In this document: positions 13,661-28,975 of the stretch, piece by piece | How positions within the stretch are numbered: the stretch's first letter is position 1 | Layout of the letters: each line of letters begins with the position of its first letter | The notes under the pieces: generated by a model | Databases searched by the model: none | What the model was told of the DNA's origin: nothing | What the model saw: the letters and a program-made list of their open reading frames with translations, nothing else | NCBI GenBank assembly: GCA_951406725.2 | Contig: OX597823.1 | Coordinates: 35,836,001 to 35,900,000, forward strand | Direction: 5' to 3' | Source of the DNA: Octopus vulgaris | Taxonomy: Eukaryota | DNA length: 64,000 nt | Position numbers and translations under genes: made by a program

Positions 13661-14327
13661 TTTGGATAATGGCAGAAACCAATTATTGATATTTCAAATA
13701 TATTTAAATACGCACCTTTCCAACTGTTATGTATGGAGTGGATACACAATAACCTATCTTCCTCGGTCACTTCAAACGAAACACATTAATAGTTTCAAAT
13801 TTTCTACCATGTGTAATAGTACGCATAAGTAAAACCACAAGGAAAAGAGGAAACAGAAAAAAAGAGAGAAATAGAAAGAAGATAAAGAGAGAATATACTC
13901 GCGCAAATATCGAAGGAGATAAGGGAGTAAATAACATAGTAAAGAAAAATGAAAAATAGATAAGCTTCAAACATAGAAAAAATGGGGACGAAGGAATAAT
14001 AAATTATAGTACCAGAGACTATATAGTTAATTCTTTAACAGGTAAAGTAATATCATCTCCTTGCAGATAAAAATGTTAGAGAATTAGGATCATATTGCCT
14101 GAACCGTGACACCTTCAAATATAAGAATGCTCTTATAAGCCTTAGCTATGCTGTTCAACAGTAAATTTGTAAATTGACCTAGCAATAAACATTTGTGCTG
14201 TTCAAATATCCTGCAGAATATAACTAGGGGAGATTTACTACATTACTAAGAAAACTAAAAGATAAAGGCAACACCTAGATGATCACAACAATAATGGTAT
14301 TATTAGTAAAGTAGTTATAACCATAAT

Positions 14328-14947
<620 letters not shown>

Positions 14948-14966
14948 AATAATAATAATAATAGTA

Positions 14967-15099
<133 letters not shown>

Positions 15100-15835
15100 G
15101 ACCAAAGCCTCCCCACCAGAAATTACCAAAAACATGTAATGAAAAGAAATATTACAAGTAACTGCAGAATATGTGGAGATGGACAAGAAACAATAAATCA
15201 TATTATCTCTAGCTACCCAGTCCTGGCTAAGAAGGAATATATTCACAGACATGACAGAGTTGGAACTTACATACATTGGAAGCTATGCCAACATTATGGA
15301 ATAACAACAGAAAAAAGATGGTATAGGCACACACCAGAAAAGGTCACAGAAAACGAGAAAGCAACCATACTCTGGGATATGCCGATACACACAGATAGAG
15401 AAATTAAGGCCAACAGACCAGATATAGTTGTCAGAGACCATGAAGAAAAAAATGCTTTCTAATTGATGTATCAGTACCGGCAGATGACAACGTGTCTCTA
15501 AAAGAAATGGAGAAACTCTCAAAATACAAAGACCTGGAAATAGAGGTAACTAGAATGTGGAATCTGAAAACAGAAACAATTCCTATCATAGTAGGTGCAT
15601 TAGGCATGATAAAAAAATATTCAGACAAATACATAACAAAACACCAGGACTTACAAACACATATAACATACAGAAAATTGCACTACTAGGCACTGCACAC
15701 ATCCTACGCAGAACACTTTCCATACAATAACCATCAGAGCATCACAACAAATCACAGCACATACCCAAGGCACACAGAGCTGCGCTCGGTAGTGAAGTGA
15801 AAGCACGCTATAAAAATAAAAATAAAACTACTGAA
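15100..15835 (+). mobile_element. R4/Dong-like LINE, 5'-truncated (CCHC-like finger + RLE)
   Basis: CRICGDGQETINHIISS, RHDRV, ILWD..IHTD...NRPDIVV, KLSKYKDL, IPIIVGALG; (TAA)n on both sides. Confidence 0.92.
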
Positions 15836-16019
15836 TAATAATAATAATAATGATAATAATAATAATAATAAATTATCTTATTAGTCATAAGCGCTGACAT
15901 AAAACAACACTGAATGACATGTCACAAGCATAAAAGACAACACAAGACGAGGCAAAGGGTTTTCATCGTGTAAACAATAAATAACAAATAAAAGTTAAAC
16001 AAATAAAAATTAAACATAT

Positions 16020-16253
16020 GTATATGTATATACATGTGTGTTTGTGTGTCTGTGTTTGTCCCCAGCATCGCTTAAGAACCGATGCCGGTGTGTTTACATC
16101 CCCGTAACTTAGCGGTTCGGCAAAAGAGACCGATAGAATAAGTACTAGGCTTACAAAGAATAAGTCCTGGCGTCGATTTGCTCGACTAAAAGGTGGTGCT
16201 CCAGCATGGCCGCAGTCAAATGACTGAAACAACTAAAAGATTAAAAGAGTAAA
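16020..16253 (+). mobile_element. SINE family B, 3' half
   Basis: cccgtaacttagcggttcggcaaaagagaccgatagaataag...ggtggtgctccagcatggccgcag. Confidence 0.9.
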
Positions 16254-19144
16254 AGTAAACGTAATAAAAGAGTCAGAAAGATTGGTGATTCATATACTAA
16301 CAGTCCTGTTGATATATTTTTAAAGTTAGGAACACGTGACGTTCACTAATGAGAAGTATTTTAATACGTAGTAGAGAATTAAGGTTTATCAGTTGTATTA
16401 TAGTTATGACATATCGCAAGTACTCCAATATTGTTGGATGTAGCTAGCCTCGAACTGAAAACCTAGCTGGAATGCTTGTAATATTGTAGACCCTGTTAAA
16501 GGCACACAAAATGCCGATGTGTTAAGTTTACCAACAAATAGCCATGGCGGAGTTTAAATTCAGAACATAAAAAGCCGGTAGAAATACCGTAAGGTATATC
16601 GTGGCACATTGTCACAGTTTCGCCAATCCTCCGTCTTAGATTATTGACCGATGAAAGATAATGCTGTCGTCAAGGAAACGAAATAGCATATATTTTGAGC
16701 AATTAAGTGGTTCAAGGCTTTCTGAAAGTGCTTATGAAGGTGAATAATTAAGAGTAGATGGATACGCTTGGCCTACGTGCTTCAGTCGTAGTCTAAATGC
16801 CAGATAATAGACCAGACAATGAAATTGTTAGTATAAAGTACCATAAGAAAAGGAATATCTAAGCCACCTTGGCCAAGAATAATGTAAAGAAAAATGGGTG
16901 CTACAACAGAGAGGAGGGTAAACCGGAAACTCAGACTCGATAAAGTTGTTGAGGATACGTAGAAGTGACTTTGTGTCAAATGGCTCTGGAAACAGCAACA
17001 GTAACAGTCCTATTGATATATTTTCGTTTCATATATATTAGCGGATATTTAATATAAGGAAAACAATCATGTCTGCATAATACCTGGACAGATTAGAAGT
17101 TAGAATTTGAAATTAAGGAATTTGGCGTTACTGTTACTTACTCGTGAAGAAACTCTTACATTTTCTAGTCAGAGGTAACCATGTATAGCACTATTTCGTG
17201 CTTTTCAGAAATATTCTGCATGGCACAACCTGGCATATATTAATTAAAGATTCTTTTAAGCGGAACACTTTTTTATAGATGGGAAGAATTTAAGTTGTTT
17301 ATATCAAGTCAACATTTGAGAAGACCTAAGAGTGAAAGTGTTCTAGTCATAATCGTCCTTTTTTCTTTCAAGCGTAGTGGTTACAAAGGGTAAAGTGTGA
17401 GGAAGAATGAGAACTCTCTAAAATCACAGTCCGACATTCTAATGCGCAGCTCTGGACAATGGAGAACTTTCTCATAAGTAATACTTCAGATAAAAGGTAA
17501 AAATAACACTTGGTTTGTATAAAAAATAAAGGACAAATATTTTTATTGATGAGATAAAACACAGGAATCTGTTTATAAAAAAAAATTAATGCCTAGTGGG
17601 GAATGATATTTTCAAAACAAGTGACCTTTTATAGACCAACGTACTTTCGCTCACTCTGATAAATAGACAAGTTTCCAGACATTGGTAAAAGTAGTAACAT
17701 TTTCATTTAATACACTATTAACATTTTAAAACTTTTAAAACAAATATTAATAATAGCATTAATAACAATGTTTGGAAGTAATTGAACTGTACACAATGTT
17801 TTTGAGTAAAATCCAGTCGTTACAAGATTATACGTCTATCAACTTTATATAACAATGCATTAAATTTTTTTTTAAGAAAAATGATGATATAAAATTTATA
17901 AAATCTCTGTTAGAATGCATATCTCAACTTTTATAGTCTAAAGATTCTCCACTTGATATAACAATTATTGTTTGTGTTTCGTGCCGGTCAGTAATGGCGT
18001 GTTTTGTATACTTGATTAACTATTGATTAAGGGTAACATAATTCATAGTATTACACAAAACAGAATACAAACAATGGATACGTAAATTAACGGTGTCAGT
18101 GAGTCTTTATCAATCAGAATCACTTTTTTAGATGGCATTAAAGATTTTTAGGAATGCAACAATAGCATCTCCTAGACGTGTAATCAGAATTCTAATGTCG
18201 ATTAAACTTTTTCTTTGTAGAGTATCAGCAATTCACCTATTCTCCTTCTCTATGCTGACGAAAACATCTATTTCTGCCAGCTAACTCGGCGGCCTGTATG
18301 AAGATGTCCGAATAGAGCCAAATCAATCTCAAATCCTGCCTTATCCTCATTGTTGGACGCGGCTAAGGGAGTTCTAATTTGTTTCCTTATGGTGGAAAGC
18401 GAATAGAGTCTGAAAAATGCTTTTAGCCTTATGAAGATAAAAGCTGAATTTTTAATTTCGTTTATTTGGGGCTTAAATTTCATTTAAATTTTATTTCATA
18501 TATTTCGATATGTATTTAATTCACGAAAAATCTGTTCTTTAAAAGGTAGTAAATGCATATTTATAAGTGGGTATTCATTAAATTTTAATCTATACTAGGT
18601 CTTCATCCATCGATATATTGCAGGTAAAAATATTTGTAGATCATGCACGCACATTTTTTTAATAGTAAACTATTATATAGTGAAAGTCTCGTTAGTTACT
18701 ATGGTAACAACATTCTAGAAACCTATCTTTCTTTCATTCTCTTTCTCTCTCTCAACAGCAACAACAAGATTATGTCATTATAATGAAAGTCTGTTGCATT
18801 GTTTCTATGTCGAAAGTCATACAGAAACATGCACACACATCTCCCCACACACACACAAACAAACAAACAACCAAACAAATAACTATCGTCATTGTTAATT
18901 AGTGAAGTCTGCGTTGCGATGTGTTGACAGACTTGCAGTTAAAATTCCTGCAAAACTTATTCCTAACACTACCTATCTATCTTTCAAACACACTCTATCT
19001 CACTGTATTTCTCTCACAACTTTTCTCGCCTCCCCTTCTTCCCGTCCTTCAAATATATTTTGTGACGCACAGACAGACAGAGTTCAGCTTCTCTTTTATA
19101 AGATTTTAAAATTTTATCCTGGCTATTTTCTAGTCTATGAAAAA

Positions 19145-19720
19145 AAGTGAGCGTTTCATTATTCAACATCAAAGAGAAAATATTTTTCCATGTCTTGACT
19201 TGATGACTAAGTTCCTTCAATCAGCGAATACATTGATGCATTAGTTTAAAAAATTGACATCTCTGAAACAACAGGTTCCATACAGGGGCAGTCGTGCAGC
19301 TCTTAAGAGAAACAATGAAGGATAAGGGAAATTTTGTGGTTCAATTGTTGGAACTTTCAAACGTTAACCAACCAATGCCACACAATCTGATACAGGAAAC
19401 TCTTCGAAGATACTATTTTCTCAACAACATCAATGACCTTACCTTGGATAATGTTGCAGCTTCCAGATGAGAGTTACTTCTGGATCTACAACATCAAAGT
19501 AGCACAGGCCAGAAAAAGAAATTATAACTGGTGCTTCCATTTCGATCATCCTTTTTTGCCCTTGCCATGAACTTGGTGAAGGTAGATGCCGAGGAACCCA
19601 GACAAAGACCAGCATGTAACAAGTTAAAATAACGAAATATCCAGTAAGTTCAACAGACCATTGATTACAATCCCAGAAAGTCCATGAGGTCAATTTCAAA
19701 AGATCTAATCCATGTGTCAA
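19145..19720 (+). mobile_element. Old HERO-clade non-LTR RT remnant
   Basis: VSLFNIKEKIFF, QLLRETMKDKGN...PHNLIQ, FQMRVTSGSTTSK*HRPEKEIITGASISIILFALAMNL match HERO-type RT motifs (W.RLEKGI.TGCTISVILF). Confidence 0.7.
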
Positions 19721-20564
19721 ACGGAACAGTCAGTAATGCTATCCACGAAGACATCAGATATATGTCTTATATGAAGAGGAAAGGTCAATTTGTCAGAAAA
19801 AACAAAAGAAAATCACTACATCAGATCTAAAATGCTCTTAAACAAACTGAAAAATCTAAATTTGGTTTGGTTTTTCTGAAACGAGAAAAACTTCGACCAA
19901 GATCAAAAAGTTAATAGAAGAAATGAAAGATGGTTATATGCAGACCCTTCTAAAATTCCAAGTGTTGTGCATGCAAAGTTTTCTGCAACTGTCATGGTTT
20001 TAGGGGTTATCAGCAATGAAGGACATCTGAGGCCTCCTTTCTTCTTTCTACAAGACCTTAGAGTTAACTCTGCCACCTACATCGAGGTCCTGGAAATAAT
20101 TGTTAAGCCCTGGACAGACAATGTATGCAATGGAAGGCCATATGTGTTTCAGTAAGACTCTGCACTATCACACATGGCTCTAGTAACACAGGAATGGATG
20201 GCTAAAAGTTCTCATGATCACATAACCCCTAACATTTAGCATCCTAATTCCCCAGATCTCAATCCATTGGAATATTACATGTAGGGCATTGTTGAGACGC
20301 CCATAATACCGAAGATTCTTTAAAAGCTGCTATAGTCAGAGTAGTCCAAAATGAACCAGGACCACTTGATTTGAGCATGTAGATGATTTAGATGTCATAT
20401 AGATGCAGTTGTTGCAGCTGGAGGTGGCTTTATTGAATAACATTATTGAAAAGAATATTTATTTTTATCCTCATAGCATTTTTGATAAATAAAGTTATTA
20501 TTTGTTATTATATATCTATTTTTTAATAAACATAAATCTGTGCTCAAATATCTTATGCACCCTG
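19720..20564 (+). mobile_element. maT/DD37D-like (Tc1/mariner superfamily) transposon, 3' part
   Basis: EKNFDQDQKVNRRN, VMVLGVISNEG, YVFQ*DSA, NSPDLNPL; terminal tcttatgcaccctg followed by TA. Confidence 0.85.
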
Positions 20565-20924
20565 TATATAAAAGCCAGAGAAATATAATCAAATTCGGCC
20601 TCCATCCTTTTGGGGTTGATAAGTAAATTTCTAACAAGTGCTGGTGGTAGTGGTTTAGACTTAACCCTCATCAATCAAAATTACTGGCCTAGTACTTAAA
20701 TCAGAATGTTTTCTTTCAGTAGTGTTTTCATGTCTTGCAGAGTGTCTTCCAGACATCTAGAGCAAGCAAACTCACTGTATACGTCGTAAGGCTATTAAAA
20801 TAAACACACCAGATTGTTCCTTTACAACGTTATGTGATAGAAGAAAAGGCAAAATAGAAAACAGAAAAAAATGAATAAAGAAAACAAAGGAAAAAGGGGA
20901 AAGTGAAAAGAAAATTCACAACGA

Positions 20925-21320
20925 TAATGCTCTTCTCAAAACGTGTGGTGTACCAATTAATACAATCTTTTTTGTATGGATGAGAAGCCAGAAATCATTC
21001 TCAAATATTTTTCAGTTCCTTTTTTGACCATTCCTAGTGCTCCTACAATCACTGGTATTGTAACCGTCTTGAGATGCCACATTTTGTCTTTCGATTTCAT
21101 TAAGCAAACCTTAATATCTTCTCAGCTTGTCGAATTCATTTGCCGAGATATTATGATAACAAGGATTCCTCATTATTTTGGCCTTTCACAACAATATCTC
21201 GTTTCTTAGATTTGATAGTTCTGTCTGTGTGTACTGTACTGGGGAGTCCTATAGAATCGTTACATTTACTTCCTCAGTTATAGTCGCAAGGTGGTGCTGA
21301 TACTATTTGTCAGTAGTTTT
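20925..21320 (-). mobile_element. R4/Dong-like RLE remnant
   Basis: KMWHLKTVTIPVIVGALGMVKK...IVLIGTPHVLRRAL on the minus strand. Confidence 0.8.
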
Positions 21321-21359
21321 GATTTTATAATGCCTAAATATTATTATTATTATTCATAT

Positions 21360-23995
21360 ATACACAACAGATTAGACTGTTAGAAAAGAAACATTTCTAA
21401 CATCGGGAAACAAGTAAACTTAGACGCCAAGAATCCTCCTAAGTATCATAGCTGTTCCTAATAACACTGTTTTTTGGAGCTGTATTAAACTGGGTTTTAT
21501 TCCTATGTCCTTTATCCATCTATTCAGATCTTTAACGATGGTTCTCAATGAACCTATAACGACTGGGATACATTTTACCCGCAGTTTCCGTAGTCTCTGT
21601 AATTCAATAGCTAAGTCCTGGTACCCTGCCTATTTTTCTATTCTTCTCACACTAATGCTTTCATCATTTGGGACAGTAAAATATATTATCTGGCACTTTC
21701 TATCCTATTTATCTACTACTACTAAATAAGGCCCCCTAGCTTCTATCACTCAGTCAGTTTGAACGTTGAATTCCCACATCTTATATTTCTTACTTTCTAG
21801 TACTTTACTAGGTTCGCGCCCATGCCATTTATCAATATATTCAAATCCTAGCTTTCTACATAGCTCTCACTGGATTATTATCACTAGATTGCCATGTCTT
21901 TTTTTGTATTCTTTCTGTGCCAGCATGCTACATTTACTTACTATGTGAGTAATGCTTTCCTCTTTTGATTTGCATAATCAACATTGGGAATCTACTTGGT
22001 TTTGCCTATTTTGGCTTTTATCCAAATAGTCCTTAATGGTTGATTTTGTGCGGCTACTAACAAGCTTTCTGTCTCCTTTTCGCCTTTCCTTCCTGCAACA
22101 ATAACCATGTGTAACTACAGCTATTTGCTCTAACTATCTTTGAGAATCTACCACGCAAAACCTTCTCCTGCAAGTCAGATAACTTTTGCTCTTTTTTCTG
22201 ATTTTTAACTTCGCTTGTGGTTTTGGGCTTTTTTCCCCTACCTCTTGCTGTTACTCTAGCAGCTTTTAATAAACTTTCTTCACTATTACCCACATAGGAG
22301 TCTATATCTTCTATAGCAAACTCCACGCAGTTTTCTACTGATGTTGATCCTCTTCCATCTTCCTTTCTAGGTAAGTATAATCTTGCTACTCCTGTCTTTG
22401 GGTGGAGTCCTCTATTCATATTGACTTCCTTCCTAGTTCTGTTTTGTTTTACTAATTCAGATTTCGTCCAATCTACAAAAGCTGCTGAGTATCTAAGTAA
22501 AGATACTGCCCAAGTATTTACAGCCTTCACTAGATTCGGACCATCTAGCTTTAACTTCATTAGTTTCCTGGCAGTTCTGATGTACTCCGTCTCAATTTCC
22601 ATTTTCATTTCTATAGTTAGTACTCTGTCAGATTCTAATACTCCAAGATACTTATAACTCTCTCCTTCTTTCAATGATTTTAATGTCCGGTTATCTGGTA
22701 ATTGGATGCCTTTGCTGACTACCTTACCACTTCTCATGACTAATATTGCATAATTATCTATGCAAAATTTTATGTCTATATCTTCGCTGAAGTGTCTTAC
22801 ACTCTCTGCAAAGGAATCTATCTCTTTTTCATTCTTACTAAAAAGCTTCAAATCATCCATGTCGAGCAAATAGTTAATTTTTCCATTACAATTTTTTAAC
22901 TGATACCCTACCTTTGCCTTCCTTTGAGGGGGATCAAACATAAGACAGATATTAAAGGGAGCAATGAGACCCCTTACAGTGTGTCACCTGAGATCTACTT
23001 TCCATTTCTTCATGCTACAGCTAATTAATTCTCTTATGCTGCCTGCTACACTGAATATACTCAAACATTAGCTTATCCATGAGTGTGGGATCCTGTCATA
23101 GGCTTACCTATAATCTATCCGTACTATTGTTAGATTTTTCTTTCTTGCTTTTACTTCATTTAGAACTGCTTTGTCTATATATAATAGATCATGCGTTCCT
23201 CTAGCCTTCTTCCTGCAACCTTTCAGTTCTTCTGGCAATAAATTCTGGTTGTCAAGGTGCTTGTAAATGCTTTCTGAAAGCATTCCTGTTAACAGCTTCC
23301 ATACTAATGATAAGCAAGTGATTGGCCAATAATTGCTAGCTGTATTACCTTTGCTCTTTCATGACGAGTTTTGTCCTCCTAGTTATACAATCTAGTATTA
23401 TTCCTCCATTGAGGCAGTCTTGAAATTGTTCCCTCAGCCTCCCATGTAAACTGCTAAATTTCTTTAGTCAGTACCCTTGAACTGAATCTGGTCCTGGGCC
23501 CTTCCAATTCGGCCTCTTTCGTAACACTCATTAATGCACTAGTTAATCTTAGATCTGTCTGCTTCACACTCATTACTTCTTCCCTCACTTTTTTTAACCA
23601 TACTATATCTCCATTATAAATTACTGGTTTATCCCAAATATTACTCCAGAACTTTCTAGCTTCTTTTGCATTAGGTATCTCATCTTCAGTACTCTCTCCG
23701 CCACTATTTATTTGGTCATAAAAATCCCCTCAGGTCTGTCTCAAATACTCTTTTCTGTTGATACTGATCTAATTTTTCTCATATCTGGAGAACTTGCCTG
23801 CTACTGGTATGATACTCTGTTTCAACTCTTCTATTACTGTCCCAAGTTCTTTCTCTTTGGCAAGTATATTTTCTCGAGGGAGAATTTGTATTTTATGATT
23901 CCTAACTTGTTCAGTTTCCAGGCTTCTATTCTACTCATTTTATTTTATAGTCTCCTTTTCCACATTTGCTTACTTAATCATTCCCTGTGAGGTAT
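21360..23995 (-). mobile_element. R4/Dong-like LINE (RT + RLE), degraded
   Basis: INYLLDMDDLKLF, YKYLGVLE, RLYLPRKEDGRG, GCRKKARGTHDLLYIDK; bounded by (TTA)n. Confidence 0.92.
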
Positions 23996-24001
23996 CTAGT
24001 C

Positions 24002-24059
<58 letters not shown>

Positions 24060-24063
<4 letters not shown>

Positions 24064-24550
24064 ATGTTTGACTTTTGCTTTGTATTTGTACAAGTTGACC
24101 CCAAGTCTCACCCAGAGACATCAAGAGACAACAAGTTAGAAGTTCAAGTTGGTATTATGCTTAGGGTGTCATATATTTGGTTTTGCACATAGTATTGTTC
24201 TAGAGAATGTTTAAGAAATCATAAGAAAAATATAAGTCTGTTTTAAAATTTGAGATTACATAGTATTTTACGTAGGTTATGAGCAGTTCCCATGAGCACT
24301 ATCTTTTGAATTTCTGCCATTTTGGGGTTTCCAGGTATCTGAGCTAGGTAGCAATCAGCCCCTTTTGCTATCATTCCTGGGGCACCTATGACAACAGGTA
24401 TTGTTTTAGTCCTGAGGTTCCACAGTTTGCCAATTTCTATTTCAAGATCTCTCAGTTTTTGGTAGGTTTTGACAGATACATTTATGTTGAGTGGGACAAT
24501 CATATCAATGAGAAGGCATGGTTTTTATCTGAAGTCTTTCAATATAATGT
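24060..24550 (-). mobile_element. R4/Dong-like 3' fragment (another subfamily)
   Basis: DLEIEIGKLWNLRTKTIPVVIGAPG...VLMGTAHNLRKIL; (TTA)n on both sides. Confidence 0.85.
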
Positions 24551-24603
24551 CTTTCTTATTAATATTATTATTATTGTTGTTGTTGCTGTTGTTGTTGTTA
24601 CTA

Positions 24604-24860
24604 TTGAGTGAGAGAGCAGCGCATGTCATCAAAGTACAAATATACGAAGCCCAGTATAACAATCATGACTACCCGATGATAAAGGTACACCAGGCACGTG
24701 CATCACAACCATATGTGCGTGACATAGTGATTTCATATCAAGGTAAACAACGCATGACCTTGCAGGTGATGCCCAGTTAGAAATTTCGTCACGTCGAGTA
24801 GCGCATCCCGCTCAAAACGTCCCTGAATAAAGATTGTTTAAGGATGTTGAACGAAACACC
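24604..24860 (-). mobile_element. Partial inverted copy of the 14432-14947 element
   Basis: tgagtgagagagcag...gatgttgaacgaaacaccc is the reverse complement of about 14690-14947. Confidence 0.85.
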
Positions 24861-26404
24861 CAGAGAAAAAAAGTACCGGGTGAACACTGGACTCGATGTA
24901 ATCAACTAACATGGCTGAAACAATTATATTATGTGTATATTCATAAAACCTAAAATGAGCCAAGAGAAATAACTTAGTCATTTAAACAACAAAATTGAAG
25001 GAAAATGTACAAAATAGCATACGTAATCTTCTCTTGATTTATTGAAACTATTTATGCTTCGATAGTAAACTAACAAATGAGAAGGGTAAATAATCTGGAG
25101 AAATCAACAATAAATCTCTTAAAATAGCTTGTGCTTGTTGCTGCCTTAACACAAATATAACTTTTTTTCTGGAGACCAGAAGACAGCTGTGAACACGTGT
25201 TTCAGCCTCATATGAAAGACATGGCATGTACAAAATTTAAATTGTCATATTGGTTGAAAGCTACAAATTTAAGCACCCTACTTCATTATATAACTGGTAC
25301 CGCGTTCATCGACTTCTGAAAAATGAAGTTGAAATCTATCCTGGCAATATTTAAAATCAGAATGTGAAGAGACATTTTGTGTGTACTTCTAGGTTTCTGT
25401 CATCCATCAACCTTTATCGATCATCTATTTCTTTTTAAGAATTCTTTCTAATAAATATAAGCACATTAAATCTCCACGTGTGGGGTGGGGCGGTGATGGC
25501 GAGGGTTTATTATAGAATAATCAAACTAGGAGCTATTAAATATATCGTATTAACATCATTGTTAAACATAATGTTAAATGTTGCTGCATTAATCTAGAAT
25601 TGAATGGAAAACTTATGTAAGAAATTCTTTATATATTAACCATTTATTAGAAACGTAAATATTTATATATTAACCATTTGTTAGAAACTGCTTTAAAATA
25701 TATAGGCTTAAATTTATATCAAATCAACATTTGAAAAATTTAAATAACTAATACCTAAGATATTGTAAAATATTCTAAGGATAATCCTGATGTTATTTTT
25801 AAATTCACTTGCAGCCAACGTCGCTAAAGTTACATTGTTTGTAGTAATAGTATACATGAATCATGCACCAAGTTTATGACAAATTCAGTATCGCTGATAT
25901 CTTTACATACTTGACAGATTTTCCTAGAATATACTTGTATTCTTCCTTCTATCACGTTTCTTCACTCTTAACTTTTAGAGTAACTGTTCAATGAGTGATA
26001 AGGAAACTGGACCGTTTGCCAATCGGTCAACTGTTTTGTTGTCATATACAAAGACAATTTCAGAGACTTCAGTCGAGTGTTATGGGTTTCATGAGACAGT
26101 AAAACAGGTCGATAGAAGCTGCATGAGTATTTCTTTATTGACTATTCGCACCAACACGATTGAGCTGATGCAGTGTCAGAGACATTATAATCAAGGCACA
26201 TTTAAGGCTACATTATGCACTTTTCATCATCATCCGATCCGATCACGCTGCTTCTAAAGATTCCCGTGACTCCCTGTTGTCATTCAACTCTATTATTCAT
26301 CGGTATGAATTATTTGAAGTGGGAGCTTGAATCATAATAGATATTTTATTAGCTGATAAGGTAACAATGAGCACCACCTCTGTGGAAGCGTTGCAGTTAC
26401 TCAC

Positions 26405-26649
26405 TTGATAGAGCTTGGCGATCCTGGCCGTTGATCTAGTATTCCTTTGCTCAGCATCATTGCAAGAAGCACAGTTGACTCGGTTGTGCTCTTCACAATC
26501 TGCCATGCTGAAGTCGCATGACTCCGACGTATCCCTGGCGGCGTGGCTGAACGGGTTCCATGCCTTTCCAAATAGTAACCCGTGACACTGCAGGGTACGA
26601 TCGTCACCTCGTGAGGTATTTTCAAAGTACCCGCATACATAGCTCCCAT
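26405..26649 (-). CDS. Putative internal exon of an unidentified host gene
   Basis: GC-richer island in AT-rich non-repeat DNA; tag acceptor, strong CAA|GTGAGT donor; 245 nt open in phase 1 as (D)GSYVCGYFEN...LQCHGLLFGKAWNPF...CASCNDAEQRN...AKLYQ. No partner exon found. Confidence 0.35.
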
Positions 26650-27834
26650 CTATTTTACAAGAGGGTGTGTGTAATTTGAGGGTGTTTTTAAGCAGGAGAA
26701 ACGACTCCATAAAGGCTACCAGTTTAGTTTGCAGAATTAAATTCAAATTCTTCCGATGATTTACTTAAGGTAAAGAGGATCCGTAAGAGAGTTTACAATC
26801 TTTTGATACAGAACTCGAAGACAAATCTGTAGAGATGTTTCCGCGACCAATTAGTTATGAGACATACAATCACCATCATCAACAACGAACTTATTTGGTC
26901 TACTTGCACTCAGAGAAGATAACACAATTTTACACTTCACTTTTTGTTTTATAACGCATTTTGTTTGAAATTTTTTCACACTTCAAATGAACTGACAGTT
27001 GAAAACATTACGTAGTGTGATTTTTATACATGAGAATAAAGTTAATCTTGAGGGGATAGTATATAAAGAGCTAATATTAGATAGTTAACGTAAACAAGTA
27101 TTACAGAGGTAACAAGGGTTAAAGAGAGAATACAACGTATAAGAAAGACTTATGTTTGCATAAAAATTAATATTCGTTAGTATATATTAAATATAAGGCA
27201 GTGAAATAAGTAAAACCCGAAAAATAGTTGTTAATATTACAATTTAAACAGTATATAATTGCTATGACTATAAAGATGAGAGAATTGAAGTTGAAATAGG
27301 GAATAAAAGCAGGAATACGGAAAAAATAAATATATCAATATAGGGGAGATAAATGAGCTGGGAATAAAAATAGTAGATAAATAAAGGTTTATTTTATTTA
27401 TGTATTGATGTATAAGGTTATACAGTAGCTGTATTTCAATACAAATAAAAAATTTATTAAGAGGTAAAAAAAACTAGCTTAGTATTATGTGAGAGGGATA
27501 TGCAGTGGTAGTAGGGTAGTAGTGATATTCAAGTAATGGGAGAGTATTGTCGGTTATGTATATAAGAAAATATACGAGTAGGAGGGTGCACATAAGTGTA
27601 CAAAAATTTATACATGTTGGAGAAAAATGACCTTATAAGGAGAAAAGTGTTTGTATATTTACTCATATGTGAGTTAAGGGATATTTGCACATTGGTATAT
27701 ATAGATATTGGAATTCTAGCTGATGTATGATTAGAGCATACATAAAAAAGAAACACTGTACAAAAATATACACATACTGGTGCAAAAAGAGAAGAAGCAC
27801 ATACATATAGATATAAATACACACATAATAATTA

Positions 27835-27974
<140 letters not shown>

Positions 27975-28099
27975 TGTCAACGATAGAATAAGTATCAGGC
28001 TTACAAAAAATATGACCTGGGCTCGATGTGCTCGACTAAAGGTGGTGCTCCAGCATGGCCACAGTCAAATAACTGAAACGAGTAAAAGAGTAAAGAGTA

Positions 28100-28290
28100 G
28101 CCATACTGAAAGTAGCAGTATGGAAGACGTATGTAAGAGGTATAGCGACAGGTACCTTCGTCTCCGGTCAGGGGTTGGTTAACTTCTTTAATTACCACCT
28201 CGATAGCAAGATCAGGCTGGAGAAGATAGACCTGTCACAGGATATGTTCGCGAAAAGATGTAAGGACGTAGTGAACAAGCTGTGAGTGGC
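28100..28290 (+). mobile_element. L1/Tx1-like ORF2 C-terminal fragment
   Basis: AILKVAVWKTYVRG...FVSGQGLVNFFNYHLDSKIRLEK aligns by eye to the 57788-58072 peptide (FLSGQLLINFFKYHLKRKVRIER); preceded by a SINE B tail (27980-28100). Confidence 0.75.
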
Positions 28291-28559
28291 TGGAACCAAG
28301 TAAGTGGGGCCAGAAAGAAACGTAAAGGCTTGAACCTGGCGGTTGGATGCCTTTCCTACAATCACACATTGCAAAATATGCAATGATCACCAAGTTTATA
28401 TTGAAATTTTTAGAAGAAAAAAATGATATTAATTTTTAACAACATGGCATTTATATTTTATCATTCCAAACTTGTTCATTCGTAATAAGCAAATTCTTTA
28501 CCCTCTATGTCTGTCTGTTCTTGTTTGTCCCATCTATGTACAGCTTCCATAGCCAATTT

Positions 28560-28715
28560 ATGAAATAAACAAGCTTGCTTCCCAACCAAATGGTTTTGGG
28601 TTCAGTCTCACTGCGTGGCACCTTAAGAAAGTGTCTTCTACAATAACCTCGGGCCGACCAAAGCCTTGTATGTGGATTTGATAGTCGGAAACTGAAAGAA
28701 ACCCGTCGTGTGTGT

Positions 28716-28776
<61 letters not shown>

Positions 28777-28975
28777 ACCCTCCACCATCGCTTGACAGCC
28801 GATGTTGGTGTGTTTACGTCCCCGTAACTTAGCGGTTCGGCAAAAGAGACCGATAGAATAAGTAGTAGGCTTACAAAGATTAAGTCCTGGGGTCGATTTC
28901 TTCGACTAAAAGGCGGTGCTGCAGCATGGCCGCACTCAAATGACTGAAACAAGTAAAAGAGTAAAAGAGTAAACA
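28560..28975 (+). mobile_element. SINE family B, near full length
   Basis: gggttcagtctcactgcgtggcacctt, internal (TG)n, ggcggtgctgcagcatggcc tail, gagtaaaa repeats. Confidence 0.9.

Noticed and set aside
18237-18409. Minus-strand segment with good acceptor and donor
   Set aside because: Stops in all three frames; at most non-coding, with no supporting evidence.
28192-28360. Minus-strand exon with apparent splice sites
   Set aside because: It is the antisense of an L1 ORF2 C-terminal fragment.
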